Position numbers and translations under genes: made by a program | Notes under the pieces: model-generated | Database searches by the model: none | What the model was told of the DNA's origin: nothing | The model's input: only the letters and a program-made list of their open reading frames with translations | From: a virus | DNA length: 64,000 bases | Direction: 5' to 3' (one strand) | IMG/VR virus record: IMGVR_UViG_3300019889_000007 | Span: 24,763-88,762 of that record | In this document: positions 37,019-47,417 of the stretch, in pieces | Layout: every line of letters begins with the position of its first letter | Position numbering within the stretch: the first letter of the stretch is position 1

Positions 37019-37219
37019 TTAAATGTCTAGTTTGTCAGCTTTCGTCTCTATCATGACACCATCTTTCCCCCATTTGCGGACAATTCGGTCACCGTGTTTG
37101 TTGGTGTACCCGATCCGCGACGTCACACGCCCCGTCACCCGCCCCGCCCGACCGATATGCCGACCCAACATGTCGGCCTGCCCGTTCTCGGTAGCCACCG
37201 ACCAAATCTCACTGCTCAT
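37019..37219 (-). CDS. Small hypothetical protein
   Basis: Fills the gap between tail genes in the same orientation. Confidence 0.45.
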   Translation of the reverse strand: MSSEIWSVATENGQADMLGRHIGRAGRVTGRVTSRIGYTNKHGDRIVRKWGKDGVMIETKADKLDI

Positions 37220-37220
37220 G

Positions 37221-38411
37221 TCACGCTCCTGTCACATCCGACAGCGTCGACAAACCGACACTGACCGTCTCGGTTCCCCGCGACTGCCACTCCACTTCCA
37301 ACGTCACCAACCGCATGCCCTGCCTGATCGGGACACACAAACCTTCGATGATGTAAACGTCCAACCGGATACCCGGAATCAGGTCCTCCATCGACAACGG
37401 CGCCGACGCGGTCAACGTCGCCTGCGACGGCATCCGCACAATCGTCGGTGGCGGGTTGCGGTTCCACACCGCGTTCTTGGCCGCGCGCCGCACATCGGCG
37501 GCATCAGCGTTGGAATCCTCCATATGCCGCAGCACGTCAATCCGGCCGTACCGGTAGATCTTCAGCTGAGAATCGGGTTCCTCATCCGGTGACGGCAGGA
37601 ACGTCTCAGTGATCCCCGGCCAATCCTCATCACCTTCGGAGTCACCCTCGCGCTGGGTGGTGGCCCAGCCGCGCACACCGGCTTCCAGACCGTTGACCAC
37701 GACATCGACATCACCGTCGAAGTGTTCGGTCGTCAACCGGGCCTGTGTCTGGTCCCTGGTGGTGACACGGCGCTGCAACCGCAACGACCGGTTGATGACG
37801 GTGAAGTCCAGGGCGTAGGACTGCGCCATCTGTCTCAAAATCGACCCGAGAGTGTCGACCACGGTGCCGCGCCGGTACCGGGTGATCTCTTCTGACGGGA
37901 CAACGACGATTTGGTCCATGATCAGGCTGGAGTCGACCGGGTCGTCGAACGCCGGGTCGAGCAGGTTGATGCTGATCATGTCGTAGGCGATCTCGGTGAT
38001 CGCGGTGGGAACGTCGAACCACAGGCGGTGAGCATTGACGCATTCGTCGAGGCGCTGCACGATGTCGCGGCACACCAGGGTTTTGATCGGGGAGCCGAAC
38101 GTTTCGATGCGTTGCATCACTTCGCCCTCCCAGACTTGAATGTTGTCGCGGAAGATCCGGATCTGCGCGACCCGCACCTCGATTTTGTTCCACAGTCGAC
38201 AGCATTCGGGTGAGGCGTTGACGAAGTCGATTTCGATTTCGGCTTCGGAGAAGTCCCGCAGGACACGACCCCACCGAAGCCGGTTGACGCCGTCGATGGC
38301 TCCGATGTAGAACATTTGTGCGCGGGGGGCCGGGGTGTCGTCGCCGACAACGCGTTTCATGGCGTGGACTTCGACGGTGTACTGCTCGGCGCATCCCAGA
38401 AGCGACGGCAT
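37221..38411 (-). CDS. Minor tail protein (baseplate hub-like)
   Basis: LRWGRVLRDFSEAEI, IFRDNIQVWEG, EDLIPG; second gene after TMP. Confidence 0.75.
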   Translation of the reverse strand: MPSLLGCAEQYTVEVHAMKRVVGDDTPAPRAQMFYIGAIDGVNRLRWGRVLRDFSEAEIEIDFVNASPECCRLWNKIEVRVAQIRIFRDNIQVWEGEVMQRIETFGSPIKTLVCRDIVQRLDECVNAHRLWFDVPTAITEIAYDMISINLLDPAFDDPVDSSLIMDQIVVVPSEEITRYRRGTVVDTLGSILRQMAQSYALDFTVINRSLRLQRRVTTRDQTQARLTTEHFDGDVDVVVNGLEAGVRGWATTQREGDSEGDEDWPGITETFLPSPDEEPDSQLKIYRYGRIDVLRHMEDSNADAADVRRAAKNAVWNRNPPPTIVRMPSQATLTASAPLSMEDLIPGIRLDVYIIEGLCVPIRQGMRLVTLEVEWQSRGTETVSVGLSTLSDVTGA

Positions 38412-39640
38412 TAAGCGGCCTCCTGCCGCGTGTACAGGGCGATCTCGACGGTCGCGTCAGGGGAGATGTTTTCGAACGCCGTCACTTCGATGCACAGTCC
38501 ATAGGCACAGGAGAAATCTGGCCACACGAACATTTGGCCGCCCGGCCCGTACAACGGTGGAACGTCAACGTCCTCACCGGTAGGCGATAGACACCTGGTC
38601 AATGCGCGTTTGATCCGGCCGTCGATCTCGGTGACAGAGTTCGGCGGCAGGTACGACACGGTGATGTCCGCGCACGCCGAACACGGGTCGAGTTGCAGTA
38701 CGTCGTCGCACGGGAAACCGAGCGCATTGACGTAGAACCTGACTGTCAGGTTCCGGACGGCCATGTCGCCGGTGGTCACGGTGATGACCGGGACCATGTC
38801 AAGCCATTGCGACATGTTGGCCGCGTCGATGGAGCCGATCACTCGGCGGCCGGGGAACGGCTCAGACGGGTAGCAAGCGTCCACCGGTGGTTGCGGTACG
38901 ACCGGGACGTCCGGGCGTGGACAGTCCGGGTCCTGGCCACATGGCGTGGGTGGCAGGCACCGTTCGAACGCGGCGGGCAAGTCGATGAAACGTTGGACAC
39001 CGGTGGCCGGGTAGACGATCATCTGGTTGCCGGACTTGGGGTCCTGATACAGGTTGGGGTTGCGGGCGCGCAGCGTGAACTCGACCTCCCACAGGACGTA
39101 CCCGGTCATGCGGATAACCCGTGTGACCTCGGGTTTATCGACCAGTTGAATGTCGAACATGGACCGGACGGGGTCGGGTGCCCACGGTGTCGGGCATGAA
39201 ATCGCGACACACGCTTGAGAGCCGGTGCAGCTGCCCGACGCACAAAACGATCCTTTGAGGACACGCGATAGCCATGACAGGCCGTACGACAGCGACGCCT
39301 CATCCAGCCCGGCCAGGACAGCGCGGACCGCGACGTCGCGGACGGTCTTGCCTTCGTCTTCGGTGTCGGGGTCGTTGGCCACACCGAGGATGTCGATACC
39401 ACCGATCCCGTAGAAGTACCGGGATTCGGGCCGAGACACGTCAAACCAGGGCGCGTCGTCCTGTTCAGGACTGATGTACGGCGGATTCGACACCAACGTG
39501 AACAGCTCGGGGCACGGCATGCAGATACTGCTGGGAATGCCACCGCATCCGGCGCGCGCCACATACGACGCCATCCTCATGGAGTTGATGACTTCGTTGC
39601 CGTCGACGGTCATCCAGCCGGATCGATCCGCGAAGCTCAT
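38411..39640 (-). CDS. Minor tail protein (distal tail-like), Cys-rich
   Basis: Immediately after TMP; DGNEVINS.R..Y, PEQDDAPWFD. Confidence 0.75.
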   Translation of the reverse strand: MSFADRSGWMTVDGNEVINSMRMASYVARAGCGGIPSSICMPCPELFTLVSNPPYISPEQDDAPWFDVSRPESRYFYGIGGIDILGVANDPDTEDEGKTVRDVAVRAVLAGLDEASLSYGLSWLSRVLKGSFCASGSCTGSQACVAISCPTPWAPDPVRSMFDIQLVDKPEVTRVIRMTGYVLWEVEFTLRARNPNLYQDPKSGNQMIVYPATGVQRFIDLPAAFERCLPPTPCGQDPDCPRPDVPVVPQPPVDACYPSEPFPGRRVIGSIDAANMSQWLDMVPVITVTTGDMAVRNLTVRFYVNALGFPCDDVLQLDPCSACADITVSYLPPNSVTEIDGRIKRALTRCLSPTGEDVDVPPLYGPGGQMFVWPDFSCAYGLCIEVTAFENISPDATVEIALYTRQEAA

Positions 39641-42054
39641 CGGGTTACCACCTGCCGCGACAGCATCCGCACCGCACGCGAGGCGATCAGGTGCGGATTG
39701 ACCGAGTTGGAATGGACATGCATTTCAATCGGCCGGACGTCTCCGCCACCAGTAGTCCCAGCGGGCACCGGTTGCGCTGCGGCGCGGCCCAACACCAGGT
39801 TCAACAGGCCCGACTGGGCCAACAGATCCATTGCCCGGTCCGGCCGGGTCAACGGGATAACGACTTCGGGTCGGCCGTCCTCGGCCAACCAACCGTATGT
39901 GGGTGACCGGATGACGCCACCCATCTTGAACGGGGTCGCCGCTGTACCGCCGGGGCGGTTCTGTCGGGCGCCTTCGAACTCGTTGATGTCACCGGCGAGC
40001 AGCCCGGCCAGTCGCAACAGGTCGATGACCGTGGTCAAGATGCTGATCCACGATCCGAATGATCCGGCAGTCGATCCGATCGGACCTTGCAGTGCCTGTA
40101 CGGCACCGGCAATGGTGCCGACGATGTCGAAAATTCCACCGAGCACACCATCAATGAAATTGATGATGTTGAGTATCGCGGCCCATATTCCTATCTGCGC
40201 CTGAAGGAGAAACACCAAGGCGCCCAACAGGGCCTGACCCGTTTTCGACTCGGCCCACGTGATGAAAGCGTCAAAGAAATTCGCGAATTCATTGGCGAAG
40301 TCGATCGCCAACTGCTTCAGGGTTTCCATGAGTTCTTGGCCCTCTGGGGAGGAAGCCCAGGCCACAAAAGTGGTGATGGCGTCTTTGATCGCGCCAGCAA
40401 ATTCCATCGCCTCGGTCGCGATGAACTCCATGAAGGTCTTGGCGTCGTCGGTCTCGGTCCATTCAAGGAAAGCCTGCGTCGCTGCTTCGATGTTTTCTAG
40501 GAACGTCAACGACTCATCTGTGATGAACCCGAACAAGTTCCCGAAACCCTCCACAATGTTCCCAACGCTGGCGCCGATGCTGGACAACGTGTCGAACATG
40601 GCGTCGAAGATCTCTTGCAGTTCCCCTGTAGCCTCTGTTTCCTCCACCCACGCCGCGAAATTCTCGAATAGGTTCCCGGCGGCAGCGGCCAAACGCTCCA
40701 GCACCGGCGCACCGGCCTCAGCCAACGTCCCGAACGCGCTGGTCGCGGCTTCCAATGGCCCGGCCAGGCCGGAGAACGCATTTCGTAGCGCTTCACCGAT
40801 CGCTGCCAAGCCACTGGCGACTTCTTCGGAACCCAGGCCGTCGAGGAGTCCTTCAAAAAGGTCGTTGAGTCCTTTCGCCGCGTCGTCAGCGGCCTGCGCC
40901 AGGGCGGGCATGAAGTTGTTGCCCAGTTCGCGGATGTTGTCCGACAGGTCGTCCCAGAAACTGTCCGAAATGACGTCGCCGAGTTCAGAGAACGCCTCTT
41001 TGAGGTTGAATACCTCGGTCGCGGCCTTCTGGGCTTCCGTCGACAGGCTGGCCATCGCCGCCGAACCGGGTCCTTCCTTAACGGCCTCAAAGAATCCGTC
41101 GAAAGCGGTCGTCAACGCGAGCACCGTGACACCGAGGCCCGCCAGGACCGCTGGAAGTGCGGCCAGCGCGCCGGAGACGATCGAATTGAGCGCGGCGCCA
41201 AGAAGCGCGAGGACGCCGAGCAGCGATTGGACCAGTTGGATGACCGCGCCGATCGCCACGATCACCAGGCCGAGTCCAAGTGCCGCCGAAGCGAGGGCGA
41301 CGGCGATGCCGATGATGATTCCGGCGGGTCCGGCCGCCGACTCGATCGCGCCAACGGCTTGGCCGAGGGTTTGCGCGGCGCGGGAGCCACCAGCCGCAAA
41401 ACTGGCTAGCTTTCCCTGGACAAAGTCCAGGCCATCCCCGAGAAAACTGACCGAATCGAACAATTGCCGGAGAATTTTTCCCAGCCCGGCGAGCGCCGCA
41501 CCGACGCCTTGGATTCCAGCCCGCAGCGAGCGACCGAGGAACGACGCGATGGAGAATCCGCCGCGCCCACCACCACCGCCGCCGGTGATGTCACTCAACG
41601 AGAAGACGGAACTGAAACCTTGGCTGAAAGAACGTCCGGCACGCGCGCCGAAGCCACGGAATCGGTTGGTGTCAACATCGACGTCCACATTGATCTTGCG
41701 GCGGGCCATAAAATCGCGGATGTCGTTGCTGAAGTTGCGGATCGCTTCGGTGGAATCAATCCTTACCGGGACGCCACGGCGTTGCAGGGTGTTACGCAGA
41801 TCCCGCATGAGCTTGTCGATGCCGCGTTCGCCGCCGCGACTGATGCCCTGGTCGATTGATTGGCTGATTTTGTCCGAATTGAATCGGAAGTTGCCGAGTC
41901 GGCCGCTGAGACTCTTGTTGATGCGGTCGGAGAGCTGTCGGCCGGTGTCGTCGCCGAGGCGGGCGAACTCTTGTTGGAGTTTTCGTCGAAGGTTTGCGAC
42001 GAATCGGCTGGTGTCGGCGATGACCTCGACCTCGGCGGTCGCGATTCTGGCCAT
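39637..42054 (-). CDS. Tape measure protein
   Basis: IATAEVEVIADTSRF start, Ala/Gly-rich helical body, C-terminal GGVIRSPT..WLAEDGRPEVVIPL. Confidence 0.9.
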   Translation of the reverse strand: MARIATAEVEVIADTSRFVANLRRKLQQEFARLGDDTGRQLSDRINKSLSGRLGNFRFNSDKISQSIDQGISRGGERGIDKLMRDLRNTLQRRGVPVRIDSTEAIRNFSNDIRDFMARRKINVDVDVDTNRFRGFGARAGRSFSQGFSSVFSLSDITGGGGGGRGGFSIASFLGRSLRAGIQGVGAALAGLGKILRQLFDSVSFLGDGLDFVQGKLASFAAGGSRAAQTLGQAVGAIESAAGPAGIIIGIAVALASAALGLGLVIVAIGAVIQLVQSLLGVLALLGAALNSIVSGALAALPAVLAGLGVTVLALTTAFDGFFEAVKEGPGSAAMASLSTEAQKAATEVFNLKEAFSELGDVISDSFWDDLSDNIRELGNNFMPALAQAADDAAKGLNDLFEGLLDGLGSEEVASGLAAIGEALRNAFSGLAGPLEAATSAFGTLAEAGAPVLERLAAAAGNLFENFAAWVEETEATGELQEIFDAMFDTLSSIGASVGNIVEGFGNLFGFITDESLTFLENIEAATQAFLEWTETDDAKTFMEFIATEAMEFAGAIKDAITTFVAWASSPEGQELMETLKQLAIDFANEFANFFDAFITWAESKTGQALLGALVFLLQAQIGIWAAILNIINFIDGVLGGIFDIVGTIAGAVQALQGPIGSTAGSFGSWISILTTVIDLLRLAGLLAGDINEFEGARQNRPGGTAATPFKMGGVIRSPTYGWLAEDGRPEVVIPLTRPDRAMDLLAQSGLLNLVLGRAAAQPVPAGTTGGGDVRPIEMHVHSNSVNPHLIASRAVRMLSRQVVTR

Positions 42055-42115
42055 CGTTTCCCCCAAACACCACTAAAGCGGACATATGGGAGCATCTTAC
42101 GCTTTTAGGGCATAC

Positions 42116-42649
42116 CTATCCGGTCATCCACCCCGGAGCAACCCCTCGGTCGTGCATCGGTAGGCGGCCGGGGATGGTCAATTCGCCCCACCGGGTGTTC
42201 CGGTCCTCTTCTTTGTGTCCGGCGGCGGCCAGCTCCCACGTGACGGCCGCGTTGACCCATTCGGCAGCCGAGAACGTGTTCGGATCGCGTGGAAGATTGT
42301 TCATTGCCCACAGACCGAACACAGTTTCATTGACCGCCAGCGTCGCCAGCGCCCGTGAGGCGGTGAAGAACGGCCAACCGTAGAGGTAGAGGCCCAAAGA
42401 TTGGACGATGACGTGGAGTTTCCCGGCCGTGAGCTTGTGGTCGGGGTCGGCCATGTGTTCTTCCATGAGTTCGGCGTCTTCATCGACCAGTGCGCCGGGT
42501 AGAAGTTCAGGCCAGGAGTACCTTGCCGCGATGTCGACCAAACTCCATGAGTCCGGTACTACCAGGCGGTAGGTGTCCTGCCCGATAATGAGTCCGACAA
42601 CCTCCGGAGAGACCCCTGGCCGGTGTCGGCCGAGGATGAAACTGTTCAC
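42116..42649 (-). CDS. Tail assembly chaperone (second)
   Basis: GTGA overlap with the upstream chaperone; directly precedes TMP. Confidence 0.6.
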   Translation of the reverse strand: MNSFILGRHRPGVSPEVVGLIIGQDTYRLVVPDSWSLVDIAARYSWPELLPGALVDEDAELMEEHMADPDHKLTAGKLHVIVQSLGLYLYGWPFFTASRALATLAVNETVFGLWAMNNLPRDPNTFSAAEWVNAAVTWELAAAGHKEEDRNTRWGELTIPGRLPMHDRGVAPGWMTG

Positions 42650-43089
42650 CGGCGGCGCTTGGCCGACCGGCGATCGGCCCGGTTGCGGCGACCGGGCCTC
42701 ATGGAGGTGTCGGTCAGTTCTTCGGTCCAGACTTCGACGGCGTCTTGAGCCATTTTGGAGATTTTCCGCAGACTGATCTCGCGTTTTTCGACTTTGTCCC
42801 ACAGATGCTTGAAGGCGTCTGACAGGGCCATGCCATCGGAGTCGGTGCCGGAGACCAGGGTTTCGGCGTAGAAGTTCTCATACAGGTCGAAGACATCGCC
42901 GTCGCGTGCCCATGCGGAGAACTCGGCCAACAGGTAGTCGTCTTTAAGGGACAGGACGTATACGTCGCCTCCGGCACGGCACACCTGTGGCGTGAATTCC
43001 GGTTCGTCGACGTCGTCAAGGTCGATGTCGACAACGACGGGGACTTGTTCGATTGCGGGCACGGCGGGGGAGTTGCTATCCGTAGTCAC
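42646..43089 (-). CDS. Tail assembly chaperone
   Basis: Acidic body with NRADRR basic tail; position; TATAGT 7 nt before GTG. Confidence 0.6.
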   Translation of the reverse strand: MTTDSNSPAVPAIEQVPVVVDIDLDDVDEPEFTPQVCRAGGDVYVLSLKDDYLLAEFSAWARDGDVFDLYENFYAETLVSGTDSDGMALSDAFKHLWDKVEKREISLRKISKMAQDAVEVWTEELTDTSMRPGRRNRADRRSAKRRR

Positions 43090-43129
43090 AAAATGGACTA
43101 TAAGGGCATTCAGGCGTAAAGCATGGCAT

Positions 43130-43621
43130 TTAGGGCACAAGTTTGATGACGGTCCACGTCTGCGCAGTACCCCGGACACCATCGCGAAGCCCTCTCCACA
43201 TGAACTCCTGCGCCTTCTGCCCCTTGACACTGCGGGCATACACCCAACCGGCGTCGGCCGGAGCGTGATGCCGGTCCGGACGAACCCCACCACGGTCGGG
43301 AAACCGCAGAAACTGCGACCGCTTCGGGAAGATCGGACCGGTGCTGCCATCCCGGTCGAAGATGCCAGTGCCCCGGTTGACCCACCAGGACGCACCGTCT
43401 TTGGAGATGACTTCACCCCGGACTTCCCGGAACGCCTGAATATTCACCGACGAGCCGATACGCGCCTCCATCTGGCCGGTGTCTTTAGGGCAGTACGTGC
43501 GCGCCAGCGAACGTACGCGCCGCACCCGCCGCGACACCAAACGCCCGACAGGGCCTTGCGGAGCGTTCAACAGTTGGCTGATCTCCGGCATGTTCAGCGT
43601 GATCTTGACGTTGGTCACCAC
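43130..43621 (-). CDS. HK97 gp10-like neck/tail completion protein
   Basis: CPKDTGQMEARI...VNRGTG...VKGQKAQEFMWRGL. Confidence 0.8.
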   Translation of the reverse strand: MVTNVKITLNMPEISQLLNAPQGPVGRLVSRRVRRVRSLARTYCPKDTGQMEARIGSSVNIQAFREVRGEVISKDGASWWVNRGTGIFDRDGSTGPIFPKRSQFLRFPDRGGVRPDRHHAPADAGWVYARSVKGQKAQEFMWRGLRDGVRGTAQTWTVIKLVP

Positions 43622-43627
43622 TGCGCA

Positions 43628-44299
43628 TCACCTGAACCACTGCGATGTCGTGTCTTCTTCGGCCCCGGCGGGTCCCGATACGAACGGCCCCTGCACGGTC
43701 CAGGCGGCCAGAGCGGTCATCCCGGTCGGGTCAGCGGGGTCGCCGGTCACCGTCATGAGTAGTTCTTGCGCGGCGCCGTCGGTGTCGGTCGGGTCGCCCT
43801 CGACGGTGATCTGGAGGACCGAGCCACCGCATGCACCGGATGGGCCGATCGGGTCGATGGAGGCGTTGACGACACTGACCTGCAATGTCGGGTCGTCCCA
43901 CGCGTCGCAGCACAAGACCTGGTAGAGGGTCTGTTTGTCGGCGTTGAACATGGTGCGGTCGTCGAGATACTGCTCAGGTGTGGGGGCCTGGCCCTTTTCA
44001 CCGGGGACGGCCGAGATGCACCGGTAGATACCCAGTTCGATAGTGGTCTGCCAGCTCCCGGAGGAGCATGTGCCGCCGCCGAACGTCGGCAGGGTGTTGC
44101 TGGTTCGCAGCACCGACACGTCCCGGCGCAGCCACGCTTGGCCGTTGCCGCCGATGTTGTTGGACTGGCACCGGTCCGCCGGGGGACGGGTGTCCCCGGC
44201 GTAGAAGTGGCAGACACACACCGGGCGCCCCTCGGCCGCCAGCATCGCGCACAGGCACGCCAACAGGCCGTTTTCGAGGTTGCCCAGAGTGAACGCCAT
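43628..44299 (-). CDS. Tail terminator-like protein
   Basis: Position; GQAWLR, IELGIYRC, GPSGACGG. Confidence 0.65.
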   Translation of the reverse strand: MAFTLGNLENGLLACLCAMLAAEGRPVCVCHFYAGDTRPPADRCQSNNIGGNGQAWLRRDVSVLRTSNTLPTFGGGTCSSGSWQTTIELGIYRCISAVPGEKGQAPTPEQYLDDRTMFNADKQTLYQVLCCDAWDDPTLQVSVVNASIDPIGPSGACGGSVLQITVEGDPTDTDGAAQELLMTVTGDPADPTGMTALAAWTVQGPFVSGPAGAEEDTTSQWFR

Positions 44300-45093
44300 C
44301 AGGTGACCGGGCCTTCATAGAAGATCAGTGGCTCATCGACATCGGGGGACCAGACGCTGGGGTATTCGGTCAGGCCGTACGGGTTGACCGAGGCGATGAA
44401 ATCTGAGACCGCGCGGATTCCGGTGTCCAGTGACGAGTCGTTGTCGCCGAACCGCATCGTCAAGCCCTCACGGCTGACCGACTCGACGCCTTCGGGTAGT
44501 TCACCGCAGTCGCCTCCGCCATCGGGCGGGCACTCGTCCAGGTATTTGCACGCCAGCTTCGATACGGCGGCGATGGCGTCCAGGCCAGGCGGGATTCCCC
44601 GCTGGTAGGTGATGGTGAATCCGTCGGCGTCCGGGACACGCAAGTCTTGGCAACTCGGCCAGCATCCGCCGTTAACTCGGGCGACCCGGTCACCGGTGAT
44701 CTGCCGCCAGTCGCTGGGCGGGACGACCTGGCCCGCCACGGTGATCGATTCGATCAAATGCACTGGTCCGGGAAGCGTGACAGTGCACAGTTCGCTGCAC
44801 GAGCAGCCGCTGGTGCAACCGCAGAGGCTGTTGAACCATTCGCCGTCGCGGATGTACGGCATCATCCATCCGCCCCATCCGGAGCCGCGCCCGGCAACGC
44901 ATTCGTCCAGGCATGGCCGCACCACGGAGCGGCACAGCCCGATCAGGCCGCCGGTGGCCCGCCACAGGTATGTGGTGGCGCGGTACTGCGCGTCACGATG
45001 CGCTTGAGTCCATTGTGTCGGGTCTGCGGGCCAGCCGGGGCAGCACACCGGATTGATCGGCCAGGGCGTGCATGGATACAGCGCATTGGCCAT
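44299..45093 (-). CDS. Head-to-tail adaptor, Cys-rich
   Basis: LWRATG...VRPC, LPEGVESVSREGLT, TGIRAVSDFIASVNP. Confidence 0.75.
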   Translation of the reverse strand: MANALYPCTPWPINPVCCPGWPADPTQWTQAHRDAQYRATTYLWRATGGLIGLCRSVVRPCLDECVAGRGSGWGGWMMPYIRDGEWFNSLCGCTSGCSCSELCTVTLPGPVHLIESITVAGQVVPPSDWRQITGDRVARVNGGCWPSCQDLRVPDADGFTITYQRGIPPGLDAIAAVSKLACKYLDECPPDGGGDCGELPEGVESVSREGLTMRFGDNDSSLDTGIRAVSDFIASVNPYGLTEYPSVWSPDVDEPLIFYEGPVT

Positions 45094-45192
45094 GTCCAGC
45101 CCCCCGTCCGTCGTCGATACACCCGATTCTACTCAAAGTACGACATAACGGGACGAATCGCTGAGCTACGCGCCGGACTGGCAGCAAACACG

Positions 45193-45226
45193 AAAAACCC
45201 CCGACCCGTCAGCCAGGTCAGGGGGA
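45193..45226 (-). terminator. Intrinsic terminator
   Basis: Minus strand CCCCCTGACC...GGTCGGGGG followed by TTTTT. Confidence 0.6.
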
Positions 45227-45353
45227 AACATCTTGTCCGCAAAAGAATAACCCATCGTGGGACAAACCGGGACCGCTACCCGGAGAAGCGGCGGCCCCGA
45301 TCGTGTTCATCCCTGCCCCGGACTCTACGTCACCGACCGGGCAAACCACATAG

Positions 45354-45387
45354 TCAGGGACCCCGAGCAACAGCTCGGGGTCCCTGA
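45354..45387 (-). terminator. Strong hairpin after the high-copy structural genes
   Basis: TCAGGGACCCCGAGC / GCTCGGGGTCCCTGA 15-bp stem. Confidence 0.7.
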
Positions 45388-45402
45388 ACCAGATCGCGGC
45401 TG

Positions 45403-45996
45403 CTAGGGGGCTACGGGCGTGGCATTCACCGAAGCGCTGTACGCGGAGTCGGTGTAACCGGTAGCCGAAGCCTTGACCTGGAACTCGTAGGGACTGCCGT
45501 TGACAAGGCCGGTGATGTTGGCGGTGGTTCCGGCGGCAGCGGTGCCTTCGGTCCACGTGCCAGCCGACACCAGCTTGTACCGGACGGTGTAGGTCTCGGC
45601 GCCAGGCACCGCGTCCCACGTCAGCGCGACGGCCGTGTCGCCGGGAGTGGCGGCCAGACCGGTCGGTGTGGACAGTTGGATTCCGTCGGTGGTGCAGGTG
45701 TTCGGGTCGATCGGCGACACGTCCGAGGCCAGGATCGTCCGGTCGAACTGGTCGGCCTCGGCGGCGTCACACACGATCGCCTCGCCGCGCGAGGTGAACG
45801 GAATCGCTCCGTATCCGGCGGTGCAGACTTCCGGCGGAATGTAGTAGTACCCGAGCTTGCAGCAGGAAAGGAAACGGATTCGTGGATCGGTGAGTCCGTT
45901 TGCCTGCTTGGCCCAGCACGCCAGCTGCTGCGCAACCGCCGTGCGGGTCGGGCCATCGACCGGGATGAGGCTAAGCCCCGCTCCAGGAACAGCCAT
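45403..45996 (-). CDS. Virion protein with C-terminal fibronectin type III domain
   Basis: PTGLAATPGDTAVALTWDAV..Y.VRY...ITGLVNGSPYEFQVKA. Confidence 0.8.
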   Translation of the reverse strand: MAVPGAGLSLIPVDGPTRTAVAQQLACWAKQANGLTDPRIRFLSCCKLGYYYIPPEVCTAGYGAIPFTSRGEAIVCDAAEADQFDRTILASDVSPIDPNTCTTDGIQLSTPTGLAATPGDTAVALTWDAVPGAETYTVRYKLVSAGTWTEGTAAAGTTANITGLVNGSPYEFQVKASATGYTDSAYSASVNATPVAP

Positions 45997-46022
45997 AGTG
46001 TTACCCCCTGTTAAATGGATGG

Positions 46023-47402
46023 TTAGGCGGCGGTTGTCGCCGTGATGGTCGTGGACCAGGCACTGTCGAGGTGCCCGGCAGCTTGCGACTTGACCTGAAT
46101 GTCGTAGCCGGTGCTGGCGGTCAGGCCGGTGATCGTGTCGGCCGCAGCGGTCACGACCGGACGTTCAGTCCAGGTGGTGGTGCCGGTCGGTGCCCATCGG
46201 ACGATGTATCCGTCGGCCGTTACCGGCGCGGTGACCGCATCCCACGTCAACGGGACGGTCGTGGCCGTAGTGGTTCCGGCGGCCACGTTGGTCGGTGCGG
46301 TCATGACCGGTGTCGCGGTGATCGTGATCGCCGTGGCGTCCACTGTCGTGGCACCGAACGTGCCCAACAGGTGGTACGCCCCGGCGGCCTGCGCGGCGGG
46401 AACGATCAGCGGCGTCGCCACGATCGCGCCAGCGGCGTCGGAAGTGACGTTGGCGCCGATGACTTCGGTGCCGCCAGAGCCGGGCGCGCCGGTGTTGATA
46501 CCGATGTGACCGGCCGTCGACACCGGGAGCCCGGCACCGGTGACGGTCACTGTGCGGGCAACGGCGTCGCCGTTGGATTCGACAGTGGTCTTGTCCGGGG
46601 TCAACGTCGCGGTGGCTCCGCCGGTGACGGCCAGTGCGGTGTTGTCCGATGTGGTCGCGCCTACTGTCGCCACGATGTGGTAGTCCCCGGCCGACTGGCC
46701 GACGGGTACGACCACGGTGGTCGCTGGGAATGCACCGGCGGCGTCGGTGGTGACCGGTGAGGACGCCACTGCGGTGCCGCCCGCCCCTGGCGCTCCAGGG
46801 TGGATCGCGACAGTTCCGGTGCCGGAGACGGCGAAGTTGACGCCGGTGACGGTCACGGTGCGCGCGGTGACGTCGCCGTTGGAGTCGACAGTGGTCTTGT
46901 CGGGTGTGATGGTCGGGACCTGCGCGCCACCGGTGACGGTGATGGCGGTGATGTCCGATGTGACCGCACCGACGGTGGCCAGCAGGTGGAACGGTCCAGC
47001 GGGCTGGTTGGCCGGTACCAACAGCACCGCACCGGTGAAGGCTCCGGCGGCATTGGTGTTGATGTTGGCGGTGACCACGACGGTGCCGCCGGAGGCCGGT
47101 GCACCGGTGTTCAAGGTGACAGTACCGGTGATGGACGCCGGGAAGCCGGTACCGGCCACGGTGATGGTGCGGGCTGTCGCATCTCCAGTGGAGTCGACGG
47201 TGGTTTTGTCCGGTGTGATCGCGGCACCGGTCGGTGTCAACGGCAACGCGAAGTTGACCGTCTCGGTTTTGGTGGGGTCCTGTTCGTTGGTCGCCACCAC
47301 CATTCCAGCGGTACTGCCAGGCGGGTACACCTTGGTATCGGTGCCCGAGTTCGGCAGCCCGGTCTTGGGCGGGTCATTGTCCCACTTGAGCGAGACCGTC
47401 AT
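46023..47402 (-). CDS. Virion decoration protein: three Ig-like repeats plus FN3
   Basis: Three ~100-aa repeats starting (I/L)TPDKTTV(D/E)S.GD..ART(I/V)TV.G; C-terminal FN3. Confidence 0.8.
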   Translation of the reverse strand: MTVSLKWDNDPPKTGLPNSGTDTKVYPPGSTAGMVVATNEQDPTKTETVNFALPLTPTGAAITPDKTTVDSTGDATARTITVAGTGFPASITGTVTLNTGAPASGGTVVVTANINTNAAGAFTGAVLLVPANQPAGPFHLLATVGAVTSDITAITVTGGAQVPTITPDKTTVDSNGDVTARTVTVTGVNFAVSGTGTVAIHPGAPGAGGTAVASSPVTTDAAGAFPATTVVVPVGQSAGDYHIVATVGATTSDNTALAVTGGATATLTPDKTTVESNGDAVARTVTVTGAGLPVSTAGHIGINTGAPGSGGTEVIGANVTSDAAGAIVATPLIVPAAQAAGAYHLLGTFGATTVDATAITITATPVMTAPTNVAAGTTTATTVPLTWDAVTAPVTADGYIVRWAPTGTTTWTERPVVTAAADTITGLTASTGYDIQVKSQAAGHLDSAWSTTITATTAA

Positions 47403-47417
47403 GGCCGTTTCTCCTTA

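Noticed and set aside
40259-42076. Long antisense ORFs (605 aa here; also 16383-17777, 47682-48761, 50866-51909)
   Set aside because: Mirror frames of recognised genes in GC-rich DNA
42116-43089. Programmed frameshift between tail chaperones
   Set aside because: No convincing slippery heptamer was seen near the first stop; the GTGA overlap explains the second gene
45100-45400. ncRNA in the 300-bp gap within the virion cluster
   Set aside because: The hairpins are adequately explained as terminators after high-copy structural genes
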